NCBI RefSeq assembly: GCF_009914755.1
Contig: NC_060927.1
Length of the DNA stretch: 64,000 bases
Source of the DNA: the human T2T-CHM13v2.0 reference genome, Homo sapiens
Strand: one strand, 5' to 3'
The notes under the pieces are model-generated. The model was not told the DNA's origin and searched no databases. It saw nothing but the letters and a program-made list of their open reading frames with translations. Position numbers and translations under genes: made by a program. Below, one piece after another: positions 34,954-48,858 of this stretch. Each line of letters opens with the position of its first letter. Within the stretch, counting starts at the first letter, position 1.

Positions 34954-36436
34954 TAATATCAATGTTGCCATTTGATAGATATCTTTAGTGCTATCTGTTC
35001 TTTTGTAGCAACAGAGCATGCGAGTAACATCAGGAAGTGGAAATTATTCTTGAAATTTTCCATAGTGAGCCATATGATGGGAACATCATGAAGGTAATGA
35101 CCTTTCCTCACATCTACACATTTTGAAGATTCAGAATCTCCCTATGGAAGAACTAGCTATGAAGCCAATATTCTGGAAGGCACTGAGTTTCATGATACAA
35201 AGTACAGGGGAAAAAAATGAGTTGTATCAGGAAGAGCATTCAAGGGAAACATTTTCTTTATTTTCTTCTCACAACAAAGGAGAAAAGAAATGCTAGAGGG
35301 AAAAAAGGCACATAAGAATATGGATTATATATACATATAGTCTCTTAAAATCAGAAGAAATTCTCAAGGTTTGTTTGGTTGATTTCCTAGATTTCTAACA
35401 TTTTCATATTTTACGTAAACTGCTATTAATATTGAGAGTGCACGTATAATAAGCAAGATTTTTACCCCTTAAATCCATTTTTATCTTATAATTCTATGAT
35501 ATACTGTATATTTTACAAAATTAAGAAAAATATACATTAAAATAGAGAAATATTGAAATACAGCCCTTTTATATGGAATCTAAATTCAAAAAATCAAAAT
35601 GTCACATGAGTCATCTCAAAGGCTAGCATTATACTGAAATCTTACATGCTTTATAGCAAAAACACAGCTTGGCATTAAGCCATTTACTGGAGGGGTGTGA
35701 GATGGTCCTTCTGTAGGAAATGCTGCCAATGTTATTAATGACCTATCCCAAAAAGTAAGCAAGCAGAGAGAAACAAAGTCAATTCAGTTATCTTCATTCA
35801 AACCTTAGAAGTTTATGTTAAAAATCCATAACCAGAAATGATTTTCAAAGAGGAAAAATGTGGACATGTCTTTTCTTGTAGAAAATCTCTCTAGATCAAC
35901 ATCACTGTCAGAGTCACCTGGACAGTTAATTCAAAATGCAAAAGGTCATTACTCATTCCTAGAAAATCTGATTCTTGAGTCTATGGTGGAATTAAGCTGC
36001 TTCCTGGTTGATTCTCATTCTGATTCCTACTGAAGCCATCTGGTAACTGGAACAGATACTCCCTAACCTCAGTCTTTGTACTGTATACATGGATACTATG
36101 CAAGGATTTGATAACATCATTTACCTTATAGTTAAATAATTTTTAGATATATGGATACATAAATAGAAAAAAAAGACAGGAGACACAGTCTTACATACCC
36201 ATCTTATGATAGATGGAAATATTTAATTAGCAATTTCATAGTTTTACATGTATGTATTCACAATTTTGGATTGCAAAGTAAACACCATTAAAATTCAGCA
36301 TATGCTTCTCCCATAAAGTATTGCTGTATAAATGATTTATATTTAACAATTCAAAAAATAATGTTTCAGAGCATAAATATTTCCAATGAGATATTATCAA
36401 AGAGCATGCTGTTAACTATAAGAATACAGCATAGTA

Positions 36437-36725
36437 GGCCAGGCACAGTGGCTCACGCCTGTAATCCCAGCTTTGGGAGGCCGAGGTGGGCGGATTACGA
36501 GCTCCCATCCTGGCTAACAAAGTGAAACCCTGTCTCTACTAAAAATACAAAAAATTGGCCAGGCGTGGTGGCGGAGATTAGAATCCCAGCTACTCAGGAG
36601 GCTGAGGTAGGAGAATGGCATGAACCCAGGAGGCGAAGCTTGCAGTGAGCCGAGATGGCGCCACTGCACTCCAGCCTGGGCAACATAGTGAGACTCCATC
36701 TCAAAAAAAAAAAAAAAAAAAAAAA
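36437..36725 (+). mobile_element. AluY-like with small internal deletions
   Basis: GAATGGCATGAACC..AGCTTGCAG diagnostics; TSD ATACAGCATAGTA at 36424-36 and 36727-39. Confidence 0.96.
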
Positions 36726-39419
36726 GATACAGCATAGTAAAGAATCTCAATATTAATATGCATAGTAAATAACATTTTTTCTGTAAAGTCATAAGCAGAC
36801 ATGGAGAACATGGAGACTAAGAAATCAACCTGGTATTTGAAATGTACAATGAGTCTTGAATAATGAAAACAGATTTCAAAATTTGGAGATCTGGTCAGGA
36901 TGCTGTAGACAGAGGGGAATATTCTAGCAGATGGCAAGTATAAATTGAAATGTAATCTCGGCACCTGAACTTTTGTGGAATCACACATTAGCTAAAACTC
37001 AACTATAAAATCTAATTACATTTCTTTTGAAACCTTCTTTTAAAATGTTGATCAGTTATTAATAATTTAATATGTGTAACTACTAGGAATAGTAGGTAAA
37101 GACTCAGTGCAGTAAAACTCACTATAAAGTGTGTGTGGCTCATCTGTTCAGCCATCACGCTCAAGAAAATGTGCTCAAGTTCATTTGTGACTAACTGGCA
37201 AAGTTCTCATCACAAAACAAAAGCTCCAAACTGAAAAATGTTCTTAACTGTCTCTTAACTGGACTCAATTGCTTCTCTGCCATGAAATCTTTTTTTTTTA
37301 AGCAAAACATTGCTTAATCATTTTCTTTTATTGTTATGCTTAAGAATAAAAACACATAAAACTGATCAATATGGCAATCAAGTTAATTCAATAAGACACT
37401 TTTTTATTTGTTTACCACCTGTAAGTGCCACAGAGACTACCACTACAGGAAAAGACAATAGAGGAGGAAGCTCTAAGGTAAGGTTTGAGTTAATTTTCTA
37501 TATTTAAAGTTTCTTTAGAAAAATGTCCTTTGGTTTGTAGACACAGTTCATATACCATTAGTTGAAGCTGTGCATAGTTATACAGGGCGGAAATGTCTCC
37601 TTTAAGGTTAACGTCGTTTTACACTTACAATGTGACTTCTTTATTTGAAATGTGGCTAGTTTCATCCAGTCTAAATTGGAGATACGTATCATTGTCTCTT
37701 TTTGCCTCAGGACAGTACTGGAAATGAGATGTTTCATTTCAATGCATTTTTCTCAGTGGAAACTGTGTAAATAAATAGATTGGGAAAGATTTAATGAAAT
37801 CATCAATAGCCTGGAGCCAACTAGTGGCTCTGTGCTAAACATTTGGCATAATCAACTGTCTAAGAGATTGAAAGTCCTAGGTACTGGGATTTAAGGTTAT
37901 CCTGAGCTCAGACAGGTGGGCGTGTAGAAAGGGGTTGACACAGCATCTTCATCTATACAAGCTAGATCAAATGAAGTAATAAGTGATCCAGGGCATTTTA
38001 ATCAATACAGATAAGCCATTTGGATAATTCAGATGTTTAAATTTATATTTTAACAGTGAAAAAAATAGATTAGAGTTCAAGAGAGCTTAGTTTTCCTTCT
38101 GATTCTGTTATAACTCACTGGCTCCCCTTATATAAGCCAAATAATTTCTCTATGCCTCAGTCTCCTAGCAGGGAAAATATGTCCTTGGAAAAGAACAGTA
38201 GTTCCCGTACCCTTTTACTCATAATGTTAAGATTTCTCAGAACACAAAAGAGAAGCCACAAAATATGAATTTGGGAAGTTTATCCCAGCATCAACTGGCG
38301 CAGTGGTGCATTTTTTTATTGTACCTTACATTTCCGTTTGAAGGAGTCCTCCTGCTATAAAATATTTAAAACAATTGTAGTCTGGATGAGGATTTCTAAA
38401 ATAACTTCCAAATCTGATGATAGCTTAGATGTCATGTAAATATATATGATGTAAAATATAAAATTCACATTGAATATATATTTCTGTGAATTCATTTAAT
38501 GTGAATTGTATATTTTATATCAATATACTTATATAAATATTCTAGTATATTTATATGAATTCACTTAATATGAATTATATATTTATATTTTTAATAAATA
38601 TATATTGATATAAAATATATAATTCTCAACTCTACCATTAGTAATCTTTATAGACACTACTTCTGTAACACGAGGATTTTCATCAACAACAATTAACACT
38701 GAAGAATAAGCATCACTAAAAGAGGAACAAAAGGAGGGAATATAGTGGAGATAAACTATGAAGGACCTCCATTTTGTTTGGAGAAAATCAATATGAATAT
38801 TTGTATGCATTCAAGAACAAGTAGGAAACAATGTTGCTATCTGCACCTTTTGCACGGGATGGGATACAAACAGAAACGTATATATTAAAGTGAGAAAACA
38901 TTATTTCTGTAGTGTGAATTAAGGCCTCAAATTATTTCTAAAGCAATATTTTAGATTTATGCAACCATGACTGTTTACAATGATCATAAGAAATGCTAGA
39001 CCTAAATGTTTTGATCTGATGGAATACTGTTTTATTGAATGATGTTTGAAATGAATGAGCTTTTATCAGAAATATTTTGTTGTACAAAGACTTTCATTGC
39101 AAAAAATTTTATATATATTCGAAGAGAATCTAAAATCCGTAAGTGTAATTCGTTTTCTAAATGTGAATAAGAAATTGAAATGACATTCTATTGAAAGACA
39201 TTTTATGAAAATTCAACTAGGTCCAGAAAACTGGAATGACACTGTACTTCATGTAGTCAAATTCCAACTATTTAGTAGGAAATTATTTTTTAAAACTCCA
39301 CAATCTAATCCTTAACTGGAATCTTGAAAATAGGATTCTCACAAAGAATTTTGTTTTTATTGTAGGATATTTCATAAAATAAATGAAGTACATTTTAGGC
39401 GTTAAGAAATTATGCCCCA

Positions 39420-39696
39420 GCCTGTAATCCCAGCATTTTGGGAGGCTGAGGCGGGTAAATCACGAGGTCAGGAGGAGTTCAAGACCAGCCTGGCAAAGAT
39501 AGTGAATACTAAAATACTACTAAATACAAAAATTAGCTGGGCGTGGTGGCAGGCACCTGTAATCCCAGCTACTAGGGAGGCTGAGGCAGAGAATTGCTTG
39601 AACCCGGGAGGCGGAGGTTGCAGTGAGCTGAGATAGTGCCACTGCACTTCAGCCTGGGCGATAGAGCAAGACTCCGTCTCAAAAAAAAAAAAAAGA
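39420..39696 (+). mobile_element. 5'-truncated Alu (AluSg-like)
   Basis: Begins at GCCTGTAATCCC; perfect 16-bp TSD AAGAAATTATGCCCCA at 39404-19 and 39697-712. Confidence 0.96.
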
Positions 39697-40502
39697 AAGA
39701 AATTATGCCCCAAATATTTATTCATTCTCACATATTTTCAATATCTAAAATGACGCAGAGAGGAGTCCTTCCAACTTGGCTAGTTTATTGTTATCAATGA
39801 TGGCATCAGTTCATGTGGTTTTAACAAGGCAACCACATAGGCACAAATAATTGTGTTTTGCTAAAAAATAATTAAACAGGGCAAAAATATTGATTTAACT
39901 AACTCAACTGAACTTCAGGGTATTTCACAATACCAACTGGATGGGAAATTGTGTTTCTGAGTGCCTGCCCTTTGACAGGTTCCACTCCACTTCGTGAGAA
40001 AAAATAATTTTCATTTTGCCAATTATTTAAGATAAATGTGTGCAGGCAGAGGCGCTTATAGAAAAAGCTCTAATCAGAACACATTACAGGAGTCTGTGAA
40101 TCAGACAGGTGACTTTTACTACAGGTGAGAATATATTGCTTAGAATATGAAAACATGTTAAGTCAGCTGGAGCTCTTAAATATTTAAGGTTCATTAAAAG
40201 TTTGGCTTCATAAACTAAACAACATATAAAATGTAGGTTCAGTTACGTATGGGAGAGAAAAATGAAGTGTTGACCTAAAGACAAAGAAGTGTATTCAGAC
40301 TAAATTAACCTAACATCATTTTCCACCTGGTCATCCAATCCAGATTGCATCTCCTAGTTAACAAGAGCTTCACTTTAGCCTCTTGGAGCCAGGAGATTGC
40401 AACAATCCAGAAAAAAAAAAAAATGGCTTTTGCCCATTTAGGAATGTTTTGACTCACCACAGTTGAGCAATCAGAAAGTCACTTGGTTAAGTAGCAGCTT
40501 TG

Positions 40503-40603
40503 GGCTGGTCCTCGTGCAGTGGTGTTTACAACTAATTGATCATAACCGGTTACAGATTTCTTTGATCCTTTTCCACTCCCACTGCTTTATTTGACTAGCC
40601 TTT
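40503..40603 (+). pseudogene. RNY3: Y3 RNA retropseudogene
   Basis: GGCTGGTCC..GTGCAGTGGTGTTTACAACTAATTGATC..GACTAGCCTTT matches recalled hY3 with about 8 substitutions; followed by an A-rich tail. Confidence 0.93.
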
Positions 40604-41855
40604 AAAAGGAAAAAAGGAGGTTTGATTTTCAGTATTGTGACACATTAATAGATTAATGCCATAATTCTTCAGAAAATTTTAAAAATTAGATTTAATTCAG
40701 GAAAGAAATGCTAGAAAACCTGAACCTAAACCAAGACTACATCAAATGTGCTCGTGTAAACCTACCTGTGGGGTTTCTGTGCTCTTTTAGATATCTTCCA
40801 ATTTTTTTTTTTTACTTTGAAATGTTTGTCTAATTTAATAGCTAGATTATTGCTAAAAATTAATAAACCAGCATCTTAATCATAACTCTATAATATTCTT
40901 CTGATTAACCACTGAACAAAATTTCTTCTCCTTTCGCTCACCTCACTCTACCCACCAGGGGATAGACAAATTCCAAGTCAGAATCACATCTCACTAGAAT
41001 CTAGTATTGATGAGCTCCCAAAGTGACAGAAAGGAAAGGGATTTTCCTTCCCTCTTAGTTTAGTCGATCTCTAAGGCAGATGGTTAATTCATTGCACCTG
41101 TAACCAATTAGCCATTCAAAACAACTGATTCTTCACAGTAAATTGTTGCCTTGCCAATCTGAGAAGCAGGTGCATATTCAATGGCTAAATTGCCAAGTGG
41201 TTGGATACACAAGATGAAATCATCCAAATACAAAATTCTGTTAGATAAATGTGTGGAAAAATATGATCAGTTATAATTCCATTCTAAATTAAGAATTTAA
41301 TTATTTCAAGTTTTGAATCACAGCTCTGAGAATTTTATTTTTTTGATTCTGATATTTGGCTACTGAATTAAGCAGATGTTTTTTCAATGAAAATTAACTT
41401 TTTAAAAAAACAAGACTTAGAATTTTATTTTTCTTCTTTCTAGAAACAATGGGTTTTGATTATAATAAACATATTAACACATATTTCATTATATAGTGAT
41501 TCATTTAATGCATCTGCTTTAAAATGGATACCTTTATATGAAAGATTTAACTTCCAGCCAAGGCACCTAATTAATTATATTGAACTGAGCATAGTATAGC
41601 CACTCTCATTCTGTGGAATGAAAATCTATGTGGCTTATTTTATTACTATAGTGCTAATATTATAAACTTCATAGACCTGAACCATTTTATCCTAGAAAAT
41701 TATTCAATAAAAAATTCCATCTTTCTCACGTATGTTTTTTGAATACATGGAAAGGGTCCACTGACACTTTTTCTGGGCAGCCACTTGTCTACACAATCCA
41801 ATCTAAATGTCCCAAATTCTGTCTGCATTTTCCATCAGAATTGCTTGATGGTAAG

Positions 41856-42206
41856 CGTATTAGTCCATTTTCACACTACCTGAGACTGGGTAATTTATAA
41901 ACAAAAGAGGTTTAATTGACTCACAGTTCCTCATGGGTGGGAAGGCCTCAGGAAATGTACAATCATGGTGGAAGGCAAAGGGGAAGCTGGTACCTTCTTC
42001 ACAAGGCAGCAGGAGAGGGAGAGAGCGCAGGGAAACTGCCACTTATAAAACCATCAGATCTCATGAGAACTCACTCACTATCATGAGAACAGCATGGGGA
42101 AAACAACCCTTATGATCCAATCACCTCCCACCAGGACCTCCCTCAACATGTGGGGATTACAGTTCAATATGAGATTTGGGTGGCAACACAGAGCCAAAAC
42201 ATATCA
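41856..42206 (-). mobile_element. MSTA/THE1-like MaLR solo LTR
   Basis: GTATTAGTCCATTTTCACAC..CCAAAACATATCA; perfect TSD GTAAG at 41851-55 and 42207-11. Confidence 0.93.
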
Positions 42207-44017
42207 GTAAGGAATCACTTTCAAGAAGAGTATCAGACCCTGTTCAGTTGGCACCAGGATCTTATTCATACCTTCCCATCTCAGGAATTGGCCTGGAGGG
42301 TATTTATATGGGTAGACTATGGTCACATTCCTGTAACAAATAAGGACTCTTCAAACAGTTCAACCAGAACCCTGTTTGTAGAGGGAGGAGATACTATATG
42401 AAAGGTAACCAAACTCTAACTGGATAATTCAGGTAGCATCACTATCCTACTATCCTATCTCAAAACCCAGGATAGACACATGGGAGGCATCTTTAAATTA
42501 ATCCCTCCCTTTCCACATCTTACATATCTCCAATCCTTTGGATACTATTTTCCACGTTTCTGGTGTTTTCATTCTTATAGGCATTTTTCTTACGCCTTTT
42601 TTTTCCAACTGATTTATTCAAAATATTCACACATCTCTTTACTTATTTATCTAATAAATACGGACCAAATATCCAGCAAGGGCCAGGAATGAGAAAGAAA
42701 ATAGAGAATGGTGAATAAGGCAGACATGTTAAATGTTTTAATGGAGTGGATAGTCCAAGGCAGATAGGGACAAATACCTTGATAATTATAATTTTGTCCT
42801 AATCCACACCTGAGAATTAGGAAGGCTTCCTGGGATAAGTGAATGTCAAAACCAAGAGCTGGTGCTGAACCCCTTCTCTAATTAAGCACAGAGATCAGAA
42901 ATAATTTTCCAGGAGTGGGAATTCTGTTTCTTGTCTCTTCACTCTCAATGCCAACCTCCACAGTGCTTACAAAATTATGTCTTTAAGAATACTTCAGGTC
43001 ACCGTCATCCTCTCTTTAAAGATTCACCATTGTCTACTGAAGAAATTACAAACCTGAGATTAAATTTACAGTCTCATTTTTTTCAACAAAGAAACTATAG
43101 TTCTATTTCACTGTAGTATCAACTCTTTGCTGAACAACAGGAACAGCTAGCCTGTTTTCTTTTGTTGCTTATTCTAGCAACTTATACTGGAAAATTCCTA
43201 CTTATTATCTAAATTTCTGTTAAAATATTATGTTCTCTGAAAGCTTTCCCTTACCCCTCCATTCAGGCTTCATTGCTTATTTTTCTGATATTCCACATCC
43301 TTTGCTCCTCTATTATATAGCACCTATTTTATTCTGCTCCATGTATTAGTTTTTCTTTATCGGAGAAACCTAGGCTGTACTAGCTATATAAATACCCCCA
43401 TCCCACTCCTCTAGGCTTCCTAGTTTCATATCCCAGTCTACAAAGATTTCTTCCCTGTGACTTTGCCGCCACAGTGAAAATGGAATTGCCCACAATTTCC
43501 TGTCTCCCACCAAGTAGCAGGAAAAACTTGAAACCAGACACCTGCAATGATATTCCTCACTAAGCTCCCCTTCAGCATCTCGAATTTGACCTTGCAGATA
43601 TGTTATTTCTCTTCTCTTCCCCACTGCCCTGAGTCTCCTAGCATCCCCTTTTGTCCCCGCTCTCTAGTATGTCTGATGAACTCCCATCAAGAATCACAGC
43701 TCCTCTGCCAGAAATGGAAAAAAACTTTCCTCCAAATATAAGGTTTCACAGAGATGGACTTGTCTATAAGAGATTATAGATTTTTGAAAAAATCCCCCAA
43801 AATGCATTTGCTTTTTGAGGTTTAAAGCTCCCCTAAATAAGAAACTCATACCAGGCTAAGGGAAACTGGGCTTTTTCTAATATTCTTCTGCTCTTAGAAG
43901 AATGGTCCCTTAGAAATTCCTTGACATTTAGGATTGTTACTGAGAACCCTCCCCAGGGGTTGCATGGATGCCCCGCATCTCAACCTTGGATAAGGGTGTT
44001 AATATTTGAAAACAGCA

Positions 44018-44240
44018 TTTGAGACCAGCCTGAACAACATAGTGAAACCCCTTCTCTACTAAAAATACAAAAAACTAGTGTGGCGGTGGGCACCTGTAAT
44101 CCCAGCTACTAGGGAGTCTGAGGCAGGAGAATCACTTGAACAAGTGATTCTTGTTTGCAAAGTTTGCAGTAAGCCAAGATCGTGCCATTGCACATCCAGC
44201 CTGGTCAAGAAAAGCAAAACTGCATCTCAAAAAAAAAAAA
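44018..44240 (+). mobile_element. 5'-truncated Alu
   Basis: Starts at TTTGAGACCAGCCTG; TSD GAAAA(C/T)AGC. Confidence 0.93.
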
Positions 44241-47029
44241 GAAAATAGCTAACTGTTAGTCATAATATCTCTTTTATAGTTGTCCTAAGAAATATGACAT
44301 GCCTTTTTGTAACTCAAACCCCTGGGAATTTTGTGACTCTTGATACCCCAAAACCATGGACATAGGCTCTGGTTACACACATCTTCCCCTGCAACTACAT
44401 TATGCCAGATTCTATTTTGCAAGTGCCTTTACCCAGTGGAAATCTTGCCTATGATGGTGCTTTGTGCACATTAGACACCTAATAAATGCATACTCAATTG
44501 AATTGCCCAGGAAAAAGGCATATGGCACAGATGACTAAAAAGTGAAAATCCTCTGCAACATACTACATTACCATTTAAGGGGGAAAAATCTTGTTAATGT
44601 ACACGGTGACAAGTTTATGTCCTGAAACATGAGACCTGATTAGCTTTTTATATTTTAGCTCTCATAACTACCAGTTTTATTGCTGGTCATAAAATTATCC
44701 AGCTCATTTTGAAATTCAGCTGCAAAATAGGACCCTTTGATCTCCTGTGATTATACCAGTTTATATGAACATACGACTCCATGTTAGGGGTCTTACTCAA
44801 ATCAGGGTTTGGGAACATTAGGAGGTATATCGAAGAAGTCTCATTTGAGATCTCAGGGCCAGGAACTCATTGGGCATATCTGGCAGTGGTAACAGCAAAA
44901 AGCGGAGTGTTTCCCCTGGATGGCATCATGTTGGCTGAGATTTTTTAGTCATGATAGCAAATCATGGATTCAGTTTTTATATCTCAGTGTTAGTATCTTA
45001 GCATCAGTTTCGTATGTCAGTCTTCATAGTCTTGGGCTGTACCCCTGAACAGTTGTTCACAAATACCTGTCATTCACTAAGAACACGGGGGAACAACTTG
45101 AAACAATTTTTTTGATAAATACCTGTTGAGCAATTACTAGGGGTTCTGGGGTTATTCCGTAGATAAGAAACTAGCAGCAACACTCTAGTATTGAAATAAA
45201 AGGAAAACACAAAGACTTTTAACAGACCATGGAATGGCTGACATATCTCAGATCCTCTTCTTGCCTAATTTGCTGCTATGAGATCTGTGATCCATTGAGA
45301 GAAAATTAAGCACTGGGAGATATTCACAGCCGGGAAACTTCTGGGCAAATGATTGTAGTCCTGATGCTCCTACTCTGCACAAATATGATTTTATTTGCTT
45401 CCTTGCTTATCTACATTTTCAGCATCACTTCTCGGGATAACAACACTCCAGCTATATGAAAAATAATATGGACGCTAAGCAATTTTTTCCTCATATAAAG
45501 GTAATTACTTTAGGTGTGTTTTTATTTTGTTTATTTTAATTTAGACATCCCTCATTCATATCTTGTATTTTTAGGTACATGAGCTATCTCATGGGTAAAT
45601 CACCAACAACTCAGGATTACAGAGCAGACACACATGCACACTTGTATATGCACACACACGAGCGTCGGTTGTTTTATCATTGCAAATAGTTCTTAGTTAT
45701 GCACAACCTGTCCTCTTCCTCATTTTCCCATTATGCAGGCTTCCCTGCCACATACGTATTAGAAATATTTAGAAATACAAGGGTTTTCATTGGATCTCTC
45801 TATGAGAGATTCCCTATCGTTGATCTGATCAATGACTGGAAGAGAACGCAGAGAGTGTCAGGGGGTCAGGATCATGGAGGACTCTGGTAGTTGTAGGAGG
45901 GCTGGGAATTGTGGTTAAGGCTAATGTGGATTGTGGCACCTCTAGGCATTGGTCCAGAGGACAGAGCCTTCATTGGATTGGTCCACCCACTGACACATAA
46001 AGTCATGTGGTAGAAATTTTTCACATTAGCTTAGGTTTAAAAAAAAAAAAAAAAAAAAAACTGCAGCCTTCTTACAGACATAACAGGAAAGGAAATCTCC
46101 AATATGTGACATTTCAAAATTCTGCCTGCTCTGCCTTCCTTACTGCACAATCTCTTAAGTAAGAGTAAGAGCCTAGTTTTATGCGTTAGTCTAGTTGCAG
46201 TAAAATGATAGCTAATTGGAGGAAATGATATTGATTTAACATTTGCTAAATCTGTGAAACAGACCTATCTGCCATCTTTATGGTGAAATGGTACAAAAAC
46301 AATGTCATACACTGGTCATGTATCATTGCATCTGGGTTCTTATCTCTTGTAAATTCTTCCACCCTCTAGTATTCTGCCTTTTCGAGCTTCAAAAAATTAC
46401 ACAAATTTTTATAATTAGAGGACTTCGGGTAGGTCAGGGTCTTTATAAATATACTGAAGTGGACTTCTCTCAAGTTTCCTTGCAGAGTTTATTTTCAGAC
46501 TTCTTGGACATGAAACAAAAAGAGACAGGAAGCCTCACAGATAGATTTTGCATCAGACAAAATACTTTTGAAATATGAACTAGATCACCTCTTTTTTCAA
46601 AGGTGGGGAATGTCTATCTCTCTTTTATTTGTTGATTTTCTAGTTTGCGGTAGTTGGGAGACCTTATATTTCAAGTCCCTCAGGACTTTTCCTGCTGGTT
46701 GAAGAAACTCATGTCAAAATGGACATTTCCTAATAGGAGAGCACTAAATTGTCTATGAAAACAGATTATAACTCTATATTTACTGTTATAAAAGCATAAA
46801 AGCATGCTGCATGGAGAACCTTGAATTTAATGGAAGGAGAAGAATATAGAGTTTTCATAAATTTATTTTTTGCAGTTATCTCCCTTTACCTTTGTAAAGC
46901 AGAAAACTAAGCTCCTTTTGTATCAGCTTGGTATTTATTGACATATTAATACTTAAAAACACTAAGAATAATAACTGAGATGGAGAGAGAGAGAGACAGA
47001 CACAGTGAATCAAAATCTTTTCTACCCAC

Positions 47030-47390
47030 ATGTATTAATCAAAATATGCTAGGTGTGGTAACAAAAAATAATCTTGTGGTTTTCCACAGCAATGATTATT
47101 GTATAGACAGATTCTGCTATATGTCCAGCATAATCTCTCCCTACTTGCAGTTAGGAGCTTCACCATCCTGTAGCTGCATCATCTGCAACACTGAGCTTCC
47201 TTGATCAATAAACAAGAACAGACTGTTGGAGGCCTCATCCTACCAATTCAACGCTATGGCCTGTAAGTGACAAAAACCACTTCTACTGACAGCCTTTGGC
47301 TGTCAGAAATTGGCTGCATGGACAAGATTAGATGCAAGAATAAATTATGTTTATCCTCTTATTTGCCCAGAAAGAGAAGTAAAAGAAATA
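47030..47390 (-). mobile_element. Ancient MLT1-type MaLR LTR relic
   Basis: Degenerate motifs ATGCTAGGTGTGGTAACAAA and AAGTGACAAAAACCACTTCT..GCATGG..GATGCAAG. Confidence 0.45.
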
Positions 47391-47829
47391 TGGGTAAGCA
47401 TTCCCACTCCCACATTATCTACCTCTGTGTTTCTCAAATTACATTTTCTTGTCCAGAGCCAATTTTTTTTTTTTAAGCTAGTAAGGAGATCAGGGTAGGG
47501 AAGTGGAGACATTATCAGGGGAGGGAGCGAGTTGGGGTGGTCTCAAGCAGTTTGTTTATATCTCAGAAATGGTGGTAGAATTAAAGTCACCAAAAAACAC
47601 AAGCCCTCATCTCCACTGCTGTTCTATTTCACTTCCCTGTGCACATACGCCTCATAATCTGAAGCTACAAGGCAAACTCCTTATTATGCCTTATAGGACT
47701 ATAGGATTAATAGATTTGCATATAGAAATATTGTTTAATATTTGCATTTTAATATGTAATATGTAATCCTCAATTGTTTCTTGAGTAATTACTCTAATAT
47801 TATCTCTACTATTTTTATTACTACTTCTA

Positions 47830-48035
47830 CTGTTATAATTACTTACTATTAGTTAATATTTATTGGTCTACTGAGCTAAGCAATTTAAATATGCATAATT
47901 TTCAAAACAAACATACAATGTAAGTGTAATTATCCCATTTACTGTAAATAAATTGGACAACAAAGAAATTTATAATTTGTTAAATAATGAATCCAGATCT
48001 ATCTGACTCCAAAGTCCGTGATGTTCAACACTATG
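47830..48035 (-). mobile_element. MIR SINE
   Basis: ATTATCCCATTTAC..CCAGATCTATCTGACTCCAAAGTCCGTG. Confidence 0.65.
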
Positions 48036-48438
48036 GGTAACATACAGAGTAATAGGGATTTATTCTCATGCCATCATCTGTAATCAGCTATCTTAATACC
48101 TAAGGTTCTAGGGTGGCAGGGTAGCTGTGCTAGTTGCTGAAAACGTTTCACACAGAACTTAACATGTTTTGGGCATTTGAGTGTTTAATAATGCCAACAT
48201 ATAACACTATTTTTTTAAGTAAGATGAAAATGCATCTTGACTATTGATTTAAATTTAGATCTGTTTTCCGAGTGTCAAAGCAACTTACTAGAAATACATC
48301 ATTTGCAAATACTGCATCATCACTACACGTTGCCATGAACATCAAGTCGCTTCACTAATTCAAGTGTTGAAATCAATAATTGATTAAAACTCAAAGAGGC
48401 TAAGAATTATCCCTTTATGCCAAATTGGCTGACGATAG

Positions 48439-48807
<369 letters not shown>

Positions 48808-48810
48808 TCA

Positions 48811-48858
48811 ATTACTTTTAATTGGAAAAACTGCAGTTACATTTGCACCAACCTAATA
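48811..48858. mobile_element. Half MADE1
   Basis: ATTACTTTTAATTGGAAAAACTGCAGTTACATTTGCACCAACCTAATA. Confidence 0.8.

Noticed and set aside
38455-38590. Three spaced copies of (G)AATTCA..TGAAT..TATATTT, superficially array-like
   Set aside because: Degenerate AT-rich local duplications in eukaryotic DNA; not a CRISPR array.
46019-46040. Isolated A22 run as a solo poly(A) retroinsertion or processed-pseudogene tail
   Set aside because: No TSD, upstream AATAAA or recognisable upstream cDNA.
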